DNA of 57,608 bases from Octopus bimaculoides (taxonomy: Eukaryota): assembly GCF_001194135.2 (NCBI RefSeq), contig NC_068992.1, forward strand, positions 31,123,847 through 31,181,454, in the 5' to 3' direction. The notes beneath the pieces were generated by a model. That model saw nothing but the letters and a program-made list of their open reading frames with translations. It was not told the origin of the DNA and did no database searches. Position numbers and translations under genes: made by a program. The first letter of the stretch is position 1. Each line of letters starts with the position of its first letter. Below, piece by piece: positions 24,567 to 38,216 of the stretch.

Positions 24567-25234
24567 TAATTGCCTGCAATTCCTGGCGATGTGCCAAAAT
24601 TTGAGACCAACGTTTCCTGTCATTCCAAGTTTGCAACGTTATGTTGATATGTCCTGTCGAGAAATCATAAAAAGTCTTAATACATCTCCTTATTCGTATA
24701 TTTTAAAATTTTTATGCCGTATAATGCAACATTACATGAATGGTGATTTTTCAGCGAAAACACTTCCTCTGGGCAAAACCATAGAACGTTTACAAATCTA
24801 TTCATTTTCGCATTTGTTCTGTATGTATTAAATGAATACTAAATGCTTTTCTCCCAGCTTAATCAGAAAATTGTACACACGCACTCACACACACATACGC
24901 AAAACACAAACGCGCGCGCGCACGAGACTTTACTTTTAGAGTATTAGTCTAAAATCCGATGTTACGCATACGCAAAGTAATGCATAAGGGATTAAACGCT
25001 GAGATATATTTCAAGCTGTTAACAAACTTTTAATTCAAAACAACATGACTAACTAATTTTAAATACGAGTGAGTGATTTATGGTGTCAACCACGTTTAAC
25101 GATATATACATCGTTATTTAGCGAAATCTAAGCTCGGTTAGAAACAATTATTAATATTAACTTAAATTGTAAATGAAATTACATTAATAATTTATAAACC
25201 TCTGTGATATTATGTTGTACGTGTAACAAGTATG

Positions 25235-25282
<48 letters not shown>

Positions 25283-25776
25283 ANNNNNNNNNNNNNNNNN
25301 NNNNNNNNNNNNNNNNNNNNNNNNNNNNNNNNNNNNNNNNNNNNNNNNNNNNNNNTATATATATATATATATGTACATGCGTGTGTGTGAGTGTGTTTGT
25401 ATGTATATCCTGAATGTCGTTACGAGAGACGTTTTAAATATACATGGAAAAGCTCCTAATCTGTTATGCTGGCTATAGTCTGATGATACCAACTGGCAAT
25501 ACCAGTTTTTGAGGTCGTACCGAGCTGTCCCGATATAATAAAGTGTAAATATAGTGGGTAAATATAGTAATAATGGCAATAAACCTTGGAGGGGATGTGT
25601 AAATATTTTAATGCGTGTTGCCACAAATCATGTATTTCTTACGATTATACACCGTATTACTGGGATGATTACAGCACAGTCCGTAGTATCCATGGACGTC
25701 GGGTAGATCATGTTCATGCATTGATTACTTCGTGTATTGAAGCATTCAAATATTTGTAAATCCCATCCAATAATTA

Positions 25777-26424
25777 TCAGGTTGATTGAAAAGCAAGCAA
25801 TGTTTTGAACCATGAAGAATTTGTACCAGATTTCTGGAGAGTCTTAAACACATTTAAATAGTGTTTGCAATTGTCTGATAATACAGACATAAACTTGCCG
25901 AAATGCATCAATAAATTAACATTGATTTATTTTTCAATGTTGTTACAATAATCTGAAATGGAAATGTCAAAACTCGATATTCAACTTTAAAAATGACGTA
26001 AAGCAGCTAAACTACTCGTGATATCAAGGAATCGTTTGATGGGGAAATGACAAGTGAGAAGTCAGCTCGAAAATAATTTAAACGATTTCGCAGTGGAGAC
26101 CTGAACCTCGAAGATCGGGAGCGTAGTGGATGGTCATATTCCATCGATAACGGTAAATTGCAGGCCATCATTGAGAAAGATACAAGTAAAACCACGCGAG
26201 AAATGACAAAAAAAATTCAAGTTAGCCAGAAAACTGCATGCAACCATTTGCATGTGATCGGAAAACCAAAACAGCGCGTCAAATGTGTACCACACGATTT
26301 GAATGAAAATCAGAAAATGCGCAAATATGAAATTTGCTCGTCACTTTTTCTTCGTAAACAGACGATACATTTCTCGACAGCATTGTAACTTGTAATGAAA
26401 TGTGGATTCTCTACAATAATAACA
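25777..26424 (+). mobile_element. 5' half of a mariner transposon running into a gap
   Basis: TA|tcaggttg start. FKRFRSGDLNLEDRERSG, CVPHDLNENQK, IVTCNEMWILYNN. Confidence 0.85.
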
Positions 26425-27194
26425 NNNNNNNNNNNNNNNNNNNNNNNNNNNNNNNNNNNNNNNNNNNNNNNNNNNNNNNNNNNNNNNNNNNNNNNNNNNN
26501 NNNNNNNNNNNNNNNNNNNNNNNNNNNNNNNNNNNNNNNNNNNNNNNNNNNNNNNNNNNNNNNNNNNNNNNNNNNNNNNNNNNNNNNNNNNNNNNNNNNN
26601 NNNNNNNNNNNNNNNNNNNNNNNNNNNNNNNNNNNNNNNNNNNNNNNNNNNNNNNNNNNNNNNNNNNNNNNNNNNNNNNNNNNNNNNNNNNNNNNNNNNN
26701 NNNNNNNNNNNNNNNNNNNNNNNNNNNNNNNNNNNNNNNNNNNNNNNNNNNNNNNNNNNNNNNNNNNNNNNNNNNNNNNNNNNNNNNNNNNNNNNNNNNN
26801 NNNNNNNNNNNNNNNNNNNNNNNNNNNNNNNNNNNNNNNNNNNNNNNNNNNNNNNNNNNNNNNNNNNNNNNNNNNNNNNNNNNNNNNNNNNNNNNNNNNN
26901 NNNNNNNNNNNNNNNNNNNNNNNNNNNNNNNNNNNNNNNNNNNNNNNNNNNNNNNNNNNNNNNNNNNNNNNNNNNNNNNNNNNNNNNNNNNNNNNNNNNN
27001 NNNNNNNNNNNNNNNNNNNNNNNNNNNNNNNNNNNNNNNNNNNNNNNNNNAGAACAAGACAGCGAGAACAAGACTGTTAAAACAATACAGTAAAAACAAG
27101 TAAAAACACGACAGAAAAAAACCAACGGTGAGGGTTGTTGGGCCAAGAGGGTAGGAAAAATTATTATGAACGCTAAGTAGAAGCGACAGAAACA

Positions 27195-27287
27195 TTCACG
27201 TTGGTTCTTTAGGAAGACCAGTGGGCAGAAAGAAAGAACCCCTTTCATCACGTGTCAGCGACGAGATGGTCAAAGAAGAAGAGGAGA

Positions 27288-27322
<35 letters not shown>

Positions 27323-27512
27323 GAACTCTTTCCTTCTTCTTCTTCACTCCCTTTCACCGTTCCCCCACCCTTTCCTTACTTTTCTTCTCCCCTTTTCACC
27401 GTTCCCTCTCTCTCTCACCTCTCTTCTTTCTCTTTGACCCTCTCGTCGCTGACACGTGCCGAAAGGGGTTCTTTCTTTCTGCCCCCTGGTCTTCCTAAAG
27501 AACAGACGTGAA
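27195..27512. repeat. Foldback element: ~110-130 bp inverted arms (27195-27326 / 27401-27512) around a 74-bp pyrimidine-rich spacer
   Basis: gttctttaggaagaccag.gggcagaaagaaagaacccctttc..cacgtgtcagcgacgag..ggtcaaaga versus its reverse complement. Confidence 0.88.
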
Positions 27513-28246
27513 ATCGAATCTAAACCTAAATCGCACACCAGCGCAATCATCTTTTAAGCTACCGGTATATTTATTTGTCACATATAAATTGAGCCTCATC
27601 ATAAGGAAGTTGCTTTGTAAAGCAATGATTCAATCAGGATCTGCTTAATGCATTTGAATGACACTTAATTTTCTGATTCTATACCGATGCGCACATACCC
27701 AGCACACGGACAGGAAGTTAATGCATTTCAGGATAAATCTTAGCATATTTAAAGCTTTTTAGCAATAGCAGATGCTTAGTTAATACAAATTGTAACGTTC
27801 ATTACGACCCTCTAGAAGCAACAGTGTCAGTGGTATAATTATATCCATAAGTAAGATGCAAATCAAATTACACGGTGAAAAAGATCAATTGGCATTAAAA
27901 ATCCGAACAGCGAACATGTTTCCAAGATTGATAGTATATGTGTAATAATAACATTAATATTCACAGGGCTTAAAACTAGTATGACGCAAAGGAGAAACAG
28001 CTTTTGATCAATTTGAAGTACCGGTGGTGGCCTTCAAGAGGAGAATGTTATATAATGAAATGCCAACGAACCTTTAAGGAGTAATACACTTATTATGTAC
28101 AAATGTAAATACGAATATATTGTATTAAAACTTTCAAATGGCTTTTATTTTGCTTAAAAGGAAAGACATGAATTTGTGAACTAGGTTAGTGTCAGTCGTT
28201 TTTAAAACGTTCATTGTTAAAGGCAATAAATAATATTGGTCTCCAA

Positions 28247-28437
28247 TTTTGGAACAAAGGAAGCAATTTTCGGTGGAAGGCATGTCAATGACATCGACCT
28301 CAGTTATTGAGAAGTATTTATTTTGCCGTTACCAAAGGAGATGAAAATCCAAGTCGACCTCGGCGAATTTGTACTCAGATCATAAAATGCCGCTAAGCAG
28401 CTTTCCGATGCGCTAACTTTTCTGCCATCTCACCGCC
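28247..28437 (-). mobile_element. tRNA-derived SINE (older copy)
   Basis: Reverse complement of the 31512-31724 family: aagtcgacctcggcgaattt..ctcaga, gccgctaagca, gctaac...tctgcca.ctc.ccgcc. Confidence 0.7.
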
Positions 28438-28587
28438 TTTACAATATAAATAATAATAATAACAATTATTCACTGTAATAAAAATTCGAGAGATAACTTA
28501 CGGCTGTTGCCTAACTCTCTCGTAATTCCGTGATATACACTCATTGAAGGTGGGGATTTTAGAACGAATAACGGATGACTGAAAAAT

Positions 28588-28731
28588 AGTCGATTCGACC
28601 AACCCCAGTGCGCAACTTAATTTATCAACCCCGAAAGGATGGAAGGCAAAGTCGACCTCGGCGCAATTTGAACTGAAGACGTAAAGACACGCGAAAAACC
28701 GCATAGCATTTCGCCCGCGTGCTAACGATTC
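28588..28731 (-). mobile_element. tRNA-derived SINE, partial
   Basis: tttatcaaccccgaaaggatggaaggcaaagtcgacctcggcgcaatttgaact. Confidence 0.75.
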
Positions 28732-28924
28732 AAACAGATCATCACATTAAGGCTATAAATAATAACTAAATAATAATTATTCACTGGAAAAAAGAGCGGT
28801 TAGATAACATAAGGTAGGTACAAAACTCTCTCGAAATTCCGAGATATATGTTCATTAACTGGAAATGGTTTAAAGGCACAGTTTAGGTGCATGTGTTAGG
28901 ACGAATAATAGAGTACTAAAAACT

Positions 28925-28926
<2 letters not shown>

Positions 28927-29019
<93 letters not shown>

Positions 29020-29035
29020 ACACACACACATACAT

Positions 29036-29075
<40 letters not shown>
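28927..29075. repeat. (CA)n/(TA)n compound microsatellite
   Basis: Direct read. Confidence 0.95.
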
Positions 29076-29082
<7 letters not shown>

Positions 29083-29735
29083 TAGGACGTATATATACAT
29101 ATGTGTGCGTGTGAGCGTATGTATGTGTTTCTGTGTTTGAATGTGTGTGTGTGTGTGTATGCATATATATTTTTGAACTATTACAGAGAAATAATGAAGC
29201 CAAATTGAAAAGAGAGAAAATGGATTTGAACGGCGAGCTGAAATGTGTAGAGAGAAATTGCAGGACGCTAATAGATTAGAGAAAATCCTCTATATAGTCG
29301 AAAGATTTAAAATTAATATCATTACTTTCAATAACATGACGAAGGATTGGGTGTTAATGGTTATATACTTTGCTTTGCGCCTATTCTTGACACATCTCAA
29401 CAGTTGAATGACTTGGTAATTAGCAGTAATTCACAGACCTATTCCTTTTAAATTGCAATGGATTTCGATTCGGTGTTCGCTAGCAAACATGTTTCAAGTA
29501 ATAAAATACCATAAATCATGGCGTTAACTTATTTATTGCAGTTACTGCAGCCGAAACTCTAGGAACATCATCAAAAGCAACAAATACAACACAGGCAAGA
29601 CAGAGGCAACCACGGTGGAGAGGACACTTCATCTGTAAACGTAGAAGCATTAATATGTAATTCATTAACACCTACCTGCTTCGCTAAATATTGGAGCAGA
29701 CTTGCCGGTAGATGAGTATGTGTACACTAATGTAT

Positions 29736-29770
<35 letters not shown>

Positions 29771-30092
29771 CGCGCGCGTGGGTGCCTGTGTATGTATGTG
29801 TAGGTATTCAATCAACTTAATCACTTTGCCATCACATATGTAATATTATTAAAAAAATGAATCAGTCAATACTTTTATTCAACTTATAATACACAAAAAT
29901 TGCGTCCATCGTCGCCATGACCATTATAATGACACACTTCTAGAGCATTTACTAATATTCGACAACTCCGTCGCCAGGACAACCACAACCGAAACAGTGC
30001 TCACCTAAATTCATCATCATCATCATCGTCATTAGCAACAGCACCACCATCTTCGTCATTGACGTCGTTTAGAAGGCGAAACATGAGATATA

Positions 30093-31383
30093 TCAGGTGA
30101 TCCCATAAGTTCTGTCCGAATATAGAATAAAGAAAACTAGTGATCAAATGTTAAATTTAATTGAAATTTAATCATCAATGTACTTTCCCTGATTATCTAT
30201 GACTTCCTTCCATGAATTTACAAGCTTGTTAATCCCATCGATGTTAATCTATTTTGGTTTCAAAGCAAAGAACTCTGAAATGTCAGTTTCGACCTCCTCC
30301 TGGCTTGCGAAAGTTATGTTCCCTAATGATTCTGTAAACTACGAAACAAGTGATAGTCTGAAGGAGCAAGGTCGGGAGAATAAGGTGGATGAGGAATTGT
30401 TTCCTAACCAAGCTCTTCGATCTTTTGTGATGTGATCTTTTCAGAGTCAGGTCGCGCATTGTCCTGATGAAGCATCAATCCTTTTCCATTCACTAATGCG
30501 GCTTATCTTTTCTTCGTAGCTTCGTCCAAACTCTCTAATTGCTGACAGTAGACTTGCGCATTGATTGTTGCATTAGGTGGTAACAATTCAAAAGTAAATT
30601 ACTCCTTCGCAATCCCCCTATATAGAGAGAAGAACCTTTTCCCCATGAAGTTAACTTCTCGGTTGTGGTTGAGCTTTTTCCCTTTTACCAAGCCAATGTT
30701 TATGACGTTTAAAATTTCGATAGAAGATTCATTTTTTGCCACCAGTCAGAAGTCTGTCCAATAAGGGTGAAATGAATTCGCGAGAATGGAGAGAAGAGCA
30801 GATGTCAACTCGGGATTTGCGGTTGCTTTCGGACAATTCATGAGGCACCCATTTTCCATGTTTATGGCACTTTCAAAGTTGTTGAAAATGACGATGAACA
30901 GTTGAATGGTTTGAACTAAGCTTTATTGCCAATTCTTCAACTGATAATGCAGGATTTTCTTCAAGTAATGCATCAAGGAGCTTATCACCAAACTCAACAG
31001 GACGTCCTGTTCGATTTTTATCCTCAAGGCTAAAATCTCCACTTCTGAATTTTGCAAACCATCTGCAAGTTCTTTCATTCAATATTCTTTCCCATAAACT
31101 GAGTGTATGTTTCGAGCCGCTTCGGCTGCAGATTTTCTTTTTTTTAATACTCATAAAGCATTATGTGACTTAAATGCTCTTTAGATGCTTCCATGCTGGA
31201 AAGAGATTTAATCAAAGAAATGTTAATTCTATTATTCTGTAAAATAATATTTAGTTTGTTTAAATGTACACAAATGCATAAAGGTAATGTAATTATCAAT
31301 TCAATTAGATATTCCAAAATACTATTAAATTTCATTCAATTATAGAAAAGGTAAAATCGGATTGAACTTATGGGAAGACCTGA
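30093..31383 (-). mobile_element. Full-length degenerate mariner transposon with both TIRs
   Basis: 27-bp TIRs tcaggtgatcccataagttctgtccga / tcaggtcttcccataagttcaatccga (4 mismatches) with TA on both sides, 1291 bp. WFAKFRSGDFSLED, GKWVPHEL, HQDNARP, HPPYSPDLAPSDYHLF. Confidence 0.93.
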
Positions 31384-31511
31384 TATTTCCATCGCATATA
31401 TTTCCGATGTTAGTTGAATTTGGTATGAAACCTTATGCCAGGAACGCATGTAGAAAGTGTCTATGTAGTGTTCGTCGATGTTATCTTCTATGCCAATATA
31501 AGATTTAAATT

Positions 31512-31724
31512 AAGGCGGTGTCCTGGCAGAAACGTTAGCACGCCGGGCAAAATGCTTAGCGGTATCTTGTCTGTCTTTACATTCTGAGTTCAAATTCCGC
31601 CAAGGTTGACCTTCCCTTTCGTCCTTTCAGGGTCGATAAATTGAGTACCAGTTGCGTACTATGGTCGATCTAATCAACTGGCTCCATTCCCCAAAATTTC
31701 GGTCGTTGTGCCTAGATTAGAAAA
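31512..31724 (+). mobile_element. Full-length tRNA-derived SINE with 16-bp TSD; central cctttc.tcctttc.gggtcgataaattgagtaccag segment resembles a conserved SINE domain (MetaSINE-like, from memory)
   Basis: ggcgg..ctggcagaaacgttag head, B box gagttcaaattcc. TSD aatataagatttaaat at 31495-31510 and 31726-31741. Confidence 0.88.
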
Positions 31725-32034
31725 TAATATAAGATTTAAATATACTTGCACACGTTTTTCATCCGCATTCTTTAACCTTTTAATATTCATCTGTAAACCT
31801 GAGAGATATCAATACATGCATGTTCGGGAATAAACAGATTTATTATTAGTGTTCAGAACATAAGATTATGCCTGTACGAGATTGGATACAGCTTCATCGA
31901 TGATTGTGAACATAGACACACACACACTCACACAGAGACACACGCGCGCTCACACACACACACGCATACACACACACATGCACGCGCACACACACACACA
32001 CACGCGCGCACACAGACACACACACACACACACT

Positions 32035-33050
32035 TTGCTACACTTTCACTAAGCCTTCTCTGATATGTGACATTTGGTGGATGAAGAGGTTTAACTTTGC
32101 TGCTCCCATCTGTGTTTCTTGCTTTGAGGAAGATTCATCGGTAAATCTCGAGTTAAGGAGATCCTGTTTTGTTTTGAGACATCCACGCTATACAGATCTC
32201 TCAGGCTTTGTGGGAGGATATTGGAGAACTGCGAGCCATTGACTTCCGAGCTATTGCAGTATCTGTTCCTGTATCCTGATGGCAATGATTGGATATTTGG
32301 TACTACGCATTGGCATCCCACATTGCTGTTTATGTAACTCACAATGCCAAATGTTGGCACTATATTTTCTATGATTTGCCAGATGCATATTACTGCATAT
32401 CTTTCCCACCATCGCTCCAATGAGTAAAGTTTAACTCGCAGATTCTCCCAGCATTGTGTCTATTTTCTTTGTGTAGCTTCGCTGGGGTAACTCGAGTTCT
32501 GTGGTTAAGTATGTACTGCTTTGTGAACGCAGCTGGAAGCAGTAATCCAGTCGGCTGAGAACGAAAGTCCTCCAGAAGACCAACATCTTCTCTTCTCAAG
32601 TGTTAAAAGTTTGAGGGATCCATCTGGCCAAGCGTCTACATTCTGTTGCCAACTTGGTAATGTGCACCTGGGGAGATGTATCATTACACATGTCGAAGTT
32701 CAGATCACGCACTGATTTTGATGTAAAGATTGCAATCCGTCCGTGGTCAATGTATCCTGTCTGCTTTTCATTGAGCTTCTTGTACTGGTAGCGCAGGGCT
32801 TGGAATTTCCTAAACTTAAACTGCATGCTATTTGCCTCAGTTCACCTGTAATTTTCGTCCAGCTCACGTTGTACATGGGGAACGTCTCCAGAGCTTTGTA
32901 TGCTCTGAGAGACTTTTGTATCATCTGCAGAGCTAGCCAGGGTGACTACTTGAGCAGTTGAGGGCATGTCAGAGATGTTATACTATGAAAGGCAGTGGCC
33001 TCAGGGAAGTGCCCTGTGAAATAATATTCACTATTTGTGTTTCCTCGGAT
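32035..33050 (-). mobile_element. CR1/L2-group LINE 3' ~1 kb
   Basis: SQGTSLRPLPFI, LASSADDTKV, MQFKFRKFQALRY, LKLYSLERWWERYAVICIWQIIENIVP. Same clade as 20530-21235. Confidence 0.85.
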
Positions 33051-33937
33051 GTAGCCCCATTGACCACCACTATCTTTTAGAAATCATACACCCTCCCATT
33101 TATATATATATATATATATNNNNNNNNNNNNNNNNNNNNNNNNNNNNNNNNNNNNNNNNNNNNNNNNNNNNNNNNNNNNNNNNNNNNNNNNNNNNNNNNN
33201 NNNNNNNNNNNNNNNNNNNNNNNNNNNNNNNNNNNNNNNNNNNNNNNNNNACTACCTCTCATTTATATTGTTATATGATTTTGTTTAATTTTCTCGAGGA
33301 AAAGTACAATCATTGCTCTTATCATATAAGCAGTGTTCCATCTATTTATTGTCTGAAAAGTACAAGAATGAATTGACCTCACAAATCCTTGAAATGAAAG
33401 CTACAATATTATTGGGTATCTAAGTTATGAAACATTCATCAACACGGTAATCTCAAATGCCTTAAAAATGAAACTGTTGTTTCCCTTATACAGGTTCGTT
33501 TGATTCTTATTATGGAATGCACTCTTTTTAATGGGCAAATCTGTTGCTACGCGCAGAAGAACTAGCTAACCTCCAAATGAAGACAACCAGGGGGATAGCC
33601 ATGTGTCCATCATCAACACCTTCCTCCAGCTACTTCTTATACTACTACTGTTTAATCTCTAATGTCTACTTAAATTACAATGGTCTATGTTTCTAGGATC
33701 TCTACAGACCGTATGCATTTACATAGTTCTCTCTCGCGTGTTTCCCCTTCCTTCGTCACGTGCATCACCCAAACCCAACCCACAACTGTAATGTTTCAAC
33801 AGTTGAAGTTGAACTTTAACTCAACAGTCCTTGGGAGTATGTGAACTGTTTTCTCTAAGCATAAAACTGATACATCTAAATTACTGTATTAACTTCAATT
33901 GCTTTATATCCACACTATATCTTGATTAATTTCATAC

Positions 33938-34150
33938 ATTGTTATCTTGCAAATAATATGAAAATCGATTATTCGATATGACGCTTTCACAATGTAGACG
34001 AATTTCAAATTATTTGGATATGTAGTTGTAAATATATCAATTTCTGTTAACATGTGTAAAAGACATTTCACAGAAGCAAATGAAATGGTTATATTAAACT
34101 TCAAAAGGAAAGTTACATATTCACGCAGTGGTAGAATGATTTTATGCACT
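33938..34150 (-). CDS. Candidate internal exon of an unidentified host gene
   Basis: ttttaaatag| acceptor and |gtatga donor. 213 nt, single open frame (VHKIILPLREYVTFLLKFNITISFASVKCLLHMLTEIDIFTTTYPNNLKFVYIVKASYRIIDFHIICKIT). Confidence 0.42.
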
Positions 34151-35359
34151 CTATTTAAAATGCTTGTCTGGATTATAATGCATGTATGTTCGTATGCAAA
34201 TAATATTCATGTCACTTGAGATTTCGATTCACAGTTGTTCAGATCTAAATATCGTGTAGCATTTTCTACGTTTTGAAATCAAGAACCTTGTAATTATATA
34301 TTTCTCGCTATTAACATTAACCAGCCATTTCATAATTTCACCCTTACGTCTATTTCTACCATTCACCCATTGAATTATCGACTAAGAGATCAATAATCAT
34401 TGTCCATGTTTATATTATACGATGTCATATCATCTTACATGAACTTTAAGATTGTTTATGTGTATCTTTGTGTATCCGATGGGCGCTATAAAATTATTAC
34501 CTCCAAGCATTTTTGAGTGAGCATTGGCGTCTTAAATGGATATACATACTTTCAATCAGGACTTTCAGTCACATTGTAGTCTTTGTTTTGCTGAGCAGTT
34601 TTAGCTGCAGCACAATACTGAGAAATATAATAATATATTCTAGTCTAACTAATTGCTTCCAGTTTTATATGAAGTCATTAATCAGGAAAACAAAATTAAT
34701 ATCTATACATTCATGTCTAGACTTTGCTCTCATCTATTTCACTACGGCCTAAAGCATTGAAAGTTGCTGTTGTTTCCCCCCAGTTCTTATGAAAATATAT
34801 TATCTGAGTGTGCGGATGAACTGAATATTATTTTGTTGTCGTTTAGAATGAGACATTTGTTCAATATCACCTTCTCTATTGCTGATATATTGTTTGTTGA
34901 ATGCATATTTCCATATTACAGGTATATTTATTGCCTAAAATCTTCAACGATAAGTTCATGTCATTGAAAGAATTCTTAAAACTTCCATCCTAAAAGAGCA
35001 ATATTTAAAATGTTTGGTTATTGCTCTTATTTCTGAAAGTTTCACTGATATTTACTTACTCATATTTGTATTAGCAAATGATTGCATAAACAGACGATTA
35101 CACTGGAGACAATGTTGGTTACTGAAAATCAAAATGTAATATGTATGTTCAACTGCATCACCCTCTGAGGTCAAATACTACGTTGGTTCTCCTGGACGTT
35201 TCTTTCATCCGCTTTGACATAATATAAGTTAAGACACTAATACATTCACCCGATTTTCGTATTTCTTTTCAAATGAAAAAGTAATATTAGACATTACCCA
35301 ATAACATAAAATGTATATATTAATATTATTTGAGATAGATAATCTGATAGACAAGTAAA

Positions 35360-36170
35360 GTCAGATTTGATTTTGAATTGTTGTCCCTCGTTGAAAAGTA
35401 ATTCTGATCCTTCTAGAAGGTTTAGGTATGTTGAGCAATTTGGTCGGCAATATTTTTTTGACTTTTGTGTCCGTTAGTTTAGAATATAATTTCGCCTTTG
35501 TGAGGAAGTTTTTTAGTGATTTAGGATGTTTGTGGCTTTTAATGATTTTATGTGTGTGTAAATTGTTTTTTTTTTGGTGGGGGGGGGGGTCCTTATGTAG
35601 CATTGGTAAATTTTCGGTGATGATGGTGAAGGCTTCTTTGTTTCTTAGGTTGTATGTGGATATGTACGGCAGTATTTTCGGGGAAGGTGTGTAGCTGTGT
35701 CGAAATTTTCTTAGGGTTTCTATGCCGATTTGTGTTACATGTATGATTCCATCTTCTAAGAGTTGAACTGGTAGTGTCTGTCAATTAGGGTGTTTTTGAG
35801 TTCTTGCAGTTTAAAGTCTCTGGTATTTTTCTGACACTATTGTGCATATCCTTATTGTAAGGTTGAAGGGGATGTTTCTTTTGGTGTGTCTTGAGTGGTA
35901 TGAATTAAATAGTAGATATTTGGCGTCTGTTGTTTTGTAAAATATGACCGTTTCTATTTTTAGGCTTAATTGTTTAATTAGTATATCCGAGAATGGGAGC
36001 TCCTTTTGGATGTACTCCATTGGGAAGTGTGTGTTTGGGTTGACGCTTTACAATAGTTTTTTATAATTTTTCAGGAGTTTGTTGTGATTTCATTCCAGAA
36101 TATGAAACAGTAGTCCAGGAATATTTTCTAATTTTCTGTGGAAGCTCCCTTTTCCGAATCGCTAAGTTCG
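35360..36170 (-). mobile_element. Penelope-like element fragment (RT end, thumb, linker), a different lineage from 7340-9145
   Basis: KIFLDYCFIFW (YLDD-equivalent), ELPFSDILIK..KIETVIFYKTTDAKYLLFNSYHSRHTKRNIPFNL..RICTIVS, IIKSHKHPKSLKNFLTKAK. Confidence 0.82.
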
Positions 36171-38216
36171 GTTGTCAAGTGATGTTAGGGGGACACACGC
36201 AGACACACAAAGATATANNNNNNNNNNNNNNNNNNNNNNNNNNNNNNNNNNNNNNNNNNNNNNNNNNNNNNNNNNNNNNNNNNNNNNNNNNNNNNNNNNN
36301 NNNNNNNNNNNNNNNNNNNNNNNNNNNNNNNNNNNNNNNNNNNNNNNNNNNNNNNNNNNNNNNNNNNNNNNNNNNNNNNNNNNNNNNNNNNNNNNNNNNN
36401 NNNNNNNNNNNNNNNNNNNNNNNNNNNNNNNNNNNNNNNNNNNNNNNNNNNNNNNNNNNNNNNNNNNNNNNNNNNNNNNNNNNNNNNNNNNNNNNNNNNN
36501 NNNNNNNNNNNNNNNNNNNNNNNNNNNNNNNNNNNNNNNNNNNNNNNNNNNNNNNNNNNNNNNNNNNNNNNNNNNNNNNNNNNNNNNNNNNNNNNNNNNN
36601 NNNNNNNNNNNNNNNNNNNNNNNNNNNNNNNNNNNNNNNNNNNNNNNNNNNNNNNNNNNNNNNNNNNNNNNNNNNNNNNNNNNNNNNNNNNNNNNNNNNN
36701 NNNNNNNNNNNNNNNNNNNNNNNNNNNNNNNNNNNNNNNNNNNNNNNNNNNNNNNNNNNNNNNNNNNNNNNNNNNNNNNNNNNNNNNNNNNNNNNNNNNN
36801 NNNNNNNNNNNNNNNNNNNNNNNNNNNNNNNNNNNNNNNNNNNNNNNNNNNNNNNNNNNNNNNNNNNNNNNNNNNNNNNNNNNNNNNNNNNNNNNNNNNN
36901 NNNNNNNNNNNNNNNNNNNNNNNNNNNNNNNNNNNNNNNNNNNNNNNNNNNNNNNNNNNNNNNNNNNNNNNNNNNNNNNNNNNNNNNNNNNNNNNNNNNN
37001 NNNNNNNNNNNNNNNNNNNNNNNNNNNNNNNNNNNNNNNNNNNNNNNNNNNNNNNNNNNNNNNNNNNNNNNNNNNNNNNNNNNNNNNNNNNNNNNNNNNN
37101 NNNNNNNNNNNNNNNNNNNNNNNNNNNNNNNNNNNNNNNNNNNNNNNNNNNNNNNNNNNNNNNNNNNNNNNNNNNNNNNNNNNNNNNNNNNNNNNNNNNN
37201 GTAGTAACGGTGAGAGGCGAAGGACGAGTAACAAGAGATAGAGAGAGAGAGAGAGAAGTAGTGACAGGTAGAGGCGAAGAACAGTAGAGGGAAGAATGAG
37301 AGGGGGAGATAGAAATAGAGAGAGTCGCGTTAGAAAAATAGTTAAAACTTACTGTATAAAGGCAACGCGTCCGTTATGTCGTTATGCAAACAATATATGA
37401 GTATATGCATATATATGTACATGTATGTATATACGTTCATCCACATGTACATATAGATACATAACTGGGTACATGACGTGGCAAAAGAACACGGACAAAA
37501 ATGGTAAACAAGGTGCAACAAACAAGCAGGCCACATAGAAACATCCCCTTCATCAGCTGCCACCATTAAAACTCCGGCGTTTCGAAGAATTAAGGCAGTA
37601 CGCATCGTTAAAATGGTTCTTCCCACGAACACAAATTAAATTGTTTTCGTGGAGGGTAGTGGCGGACGTGTACGCATATTTACAGCTCCTTTGCCTTGTC
37701 TATATCCAGTACTAAGTTCACACAGTTGTGTGATAAAATCTTTGTTTTCTTAAAAAAAATTAACCTTTCTAAAAAAACTAATCTATAAAAATATTCTACC
37801 GATGAAAGTATTATTGCCACCAAATTCTAAAGAATAAGATTTTGCATTGTGTATTCCTGAAACGATCGTAAGATATCTCACTTCATTATATTTTTATTTT
37901 TTCGTAAACTGCGTTATTTCATTCGAGAACAATTTTAAATCGCTTTACATTATTTAATTTCACTTCATACAAGGACAGTTGTAAATCTCTTAAACATCTC
38001 ACTTGCTCGTGCTTTTAATTTAATTTATTTTGTCTGATGCATATATTTATTATCTTCTCAATTTGAATATGTATTGACCGGACTATATATATATGGGGGA
38101 TGTCACTATGTCTCTGTATTTGTGCGCGTGTGTGTGACTGTGTGCGTCTGTGTATGTATCTATGTATGCATGTACAGACAAAAATACATACACGGAAACG
38201 CATATACAAACGAAAA

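Noticed and set aside
34500-34640. Minus-strand exon ending gag|gtaata, phase-compatible with 34150, with an in-frame TGA (selenocysteine idea)
   Set aside because: All three frames from the acceptor contain stops and no SECIS was seen. Insufficient support.
37530-37560. CTGATGA on the minus strand as another hammerhead
   Set aside because: It is followed by GTTTC rather than a closing stem II and GAAA, so the core cannot be assembled.
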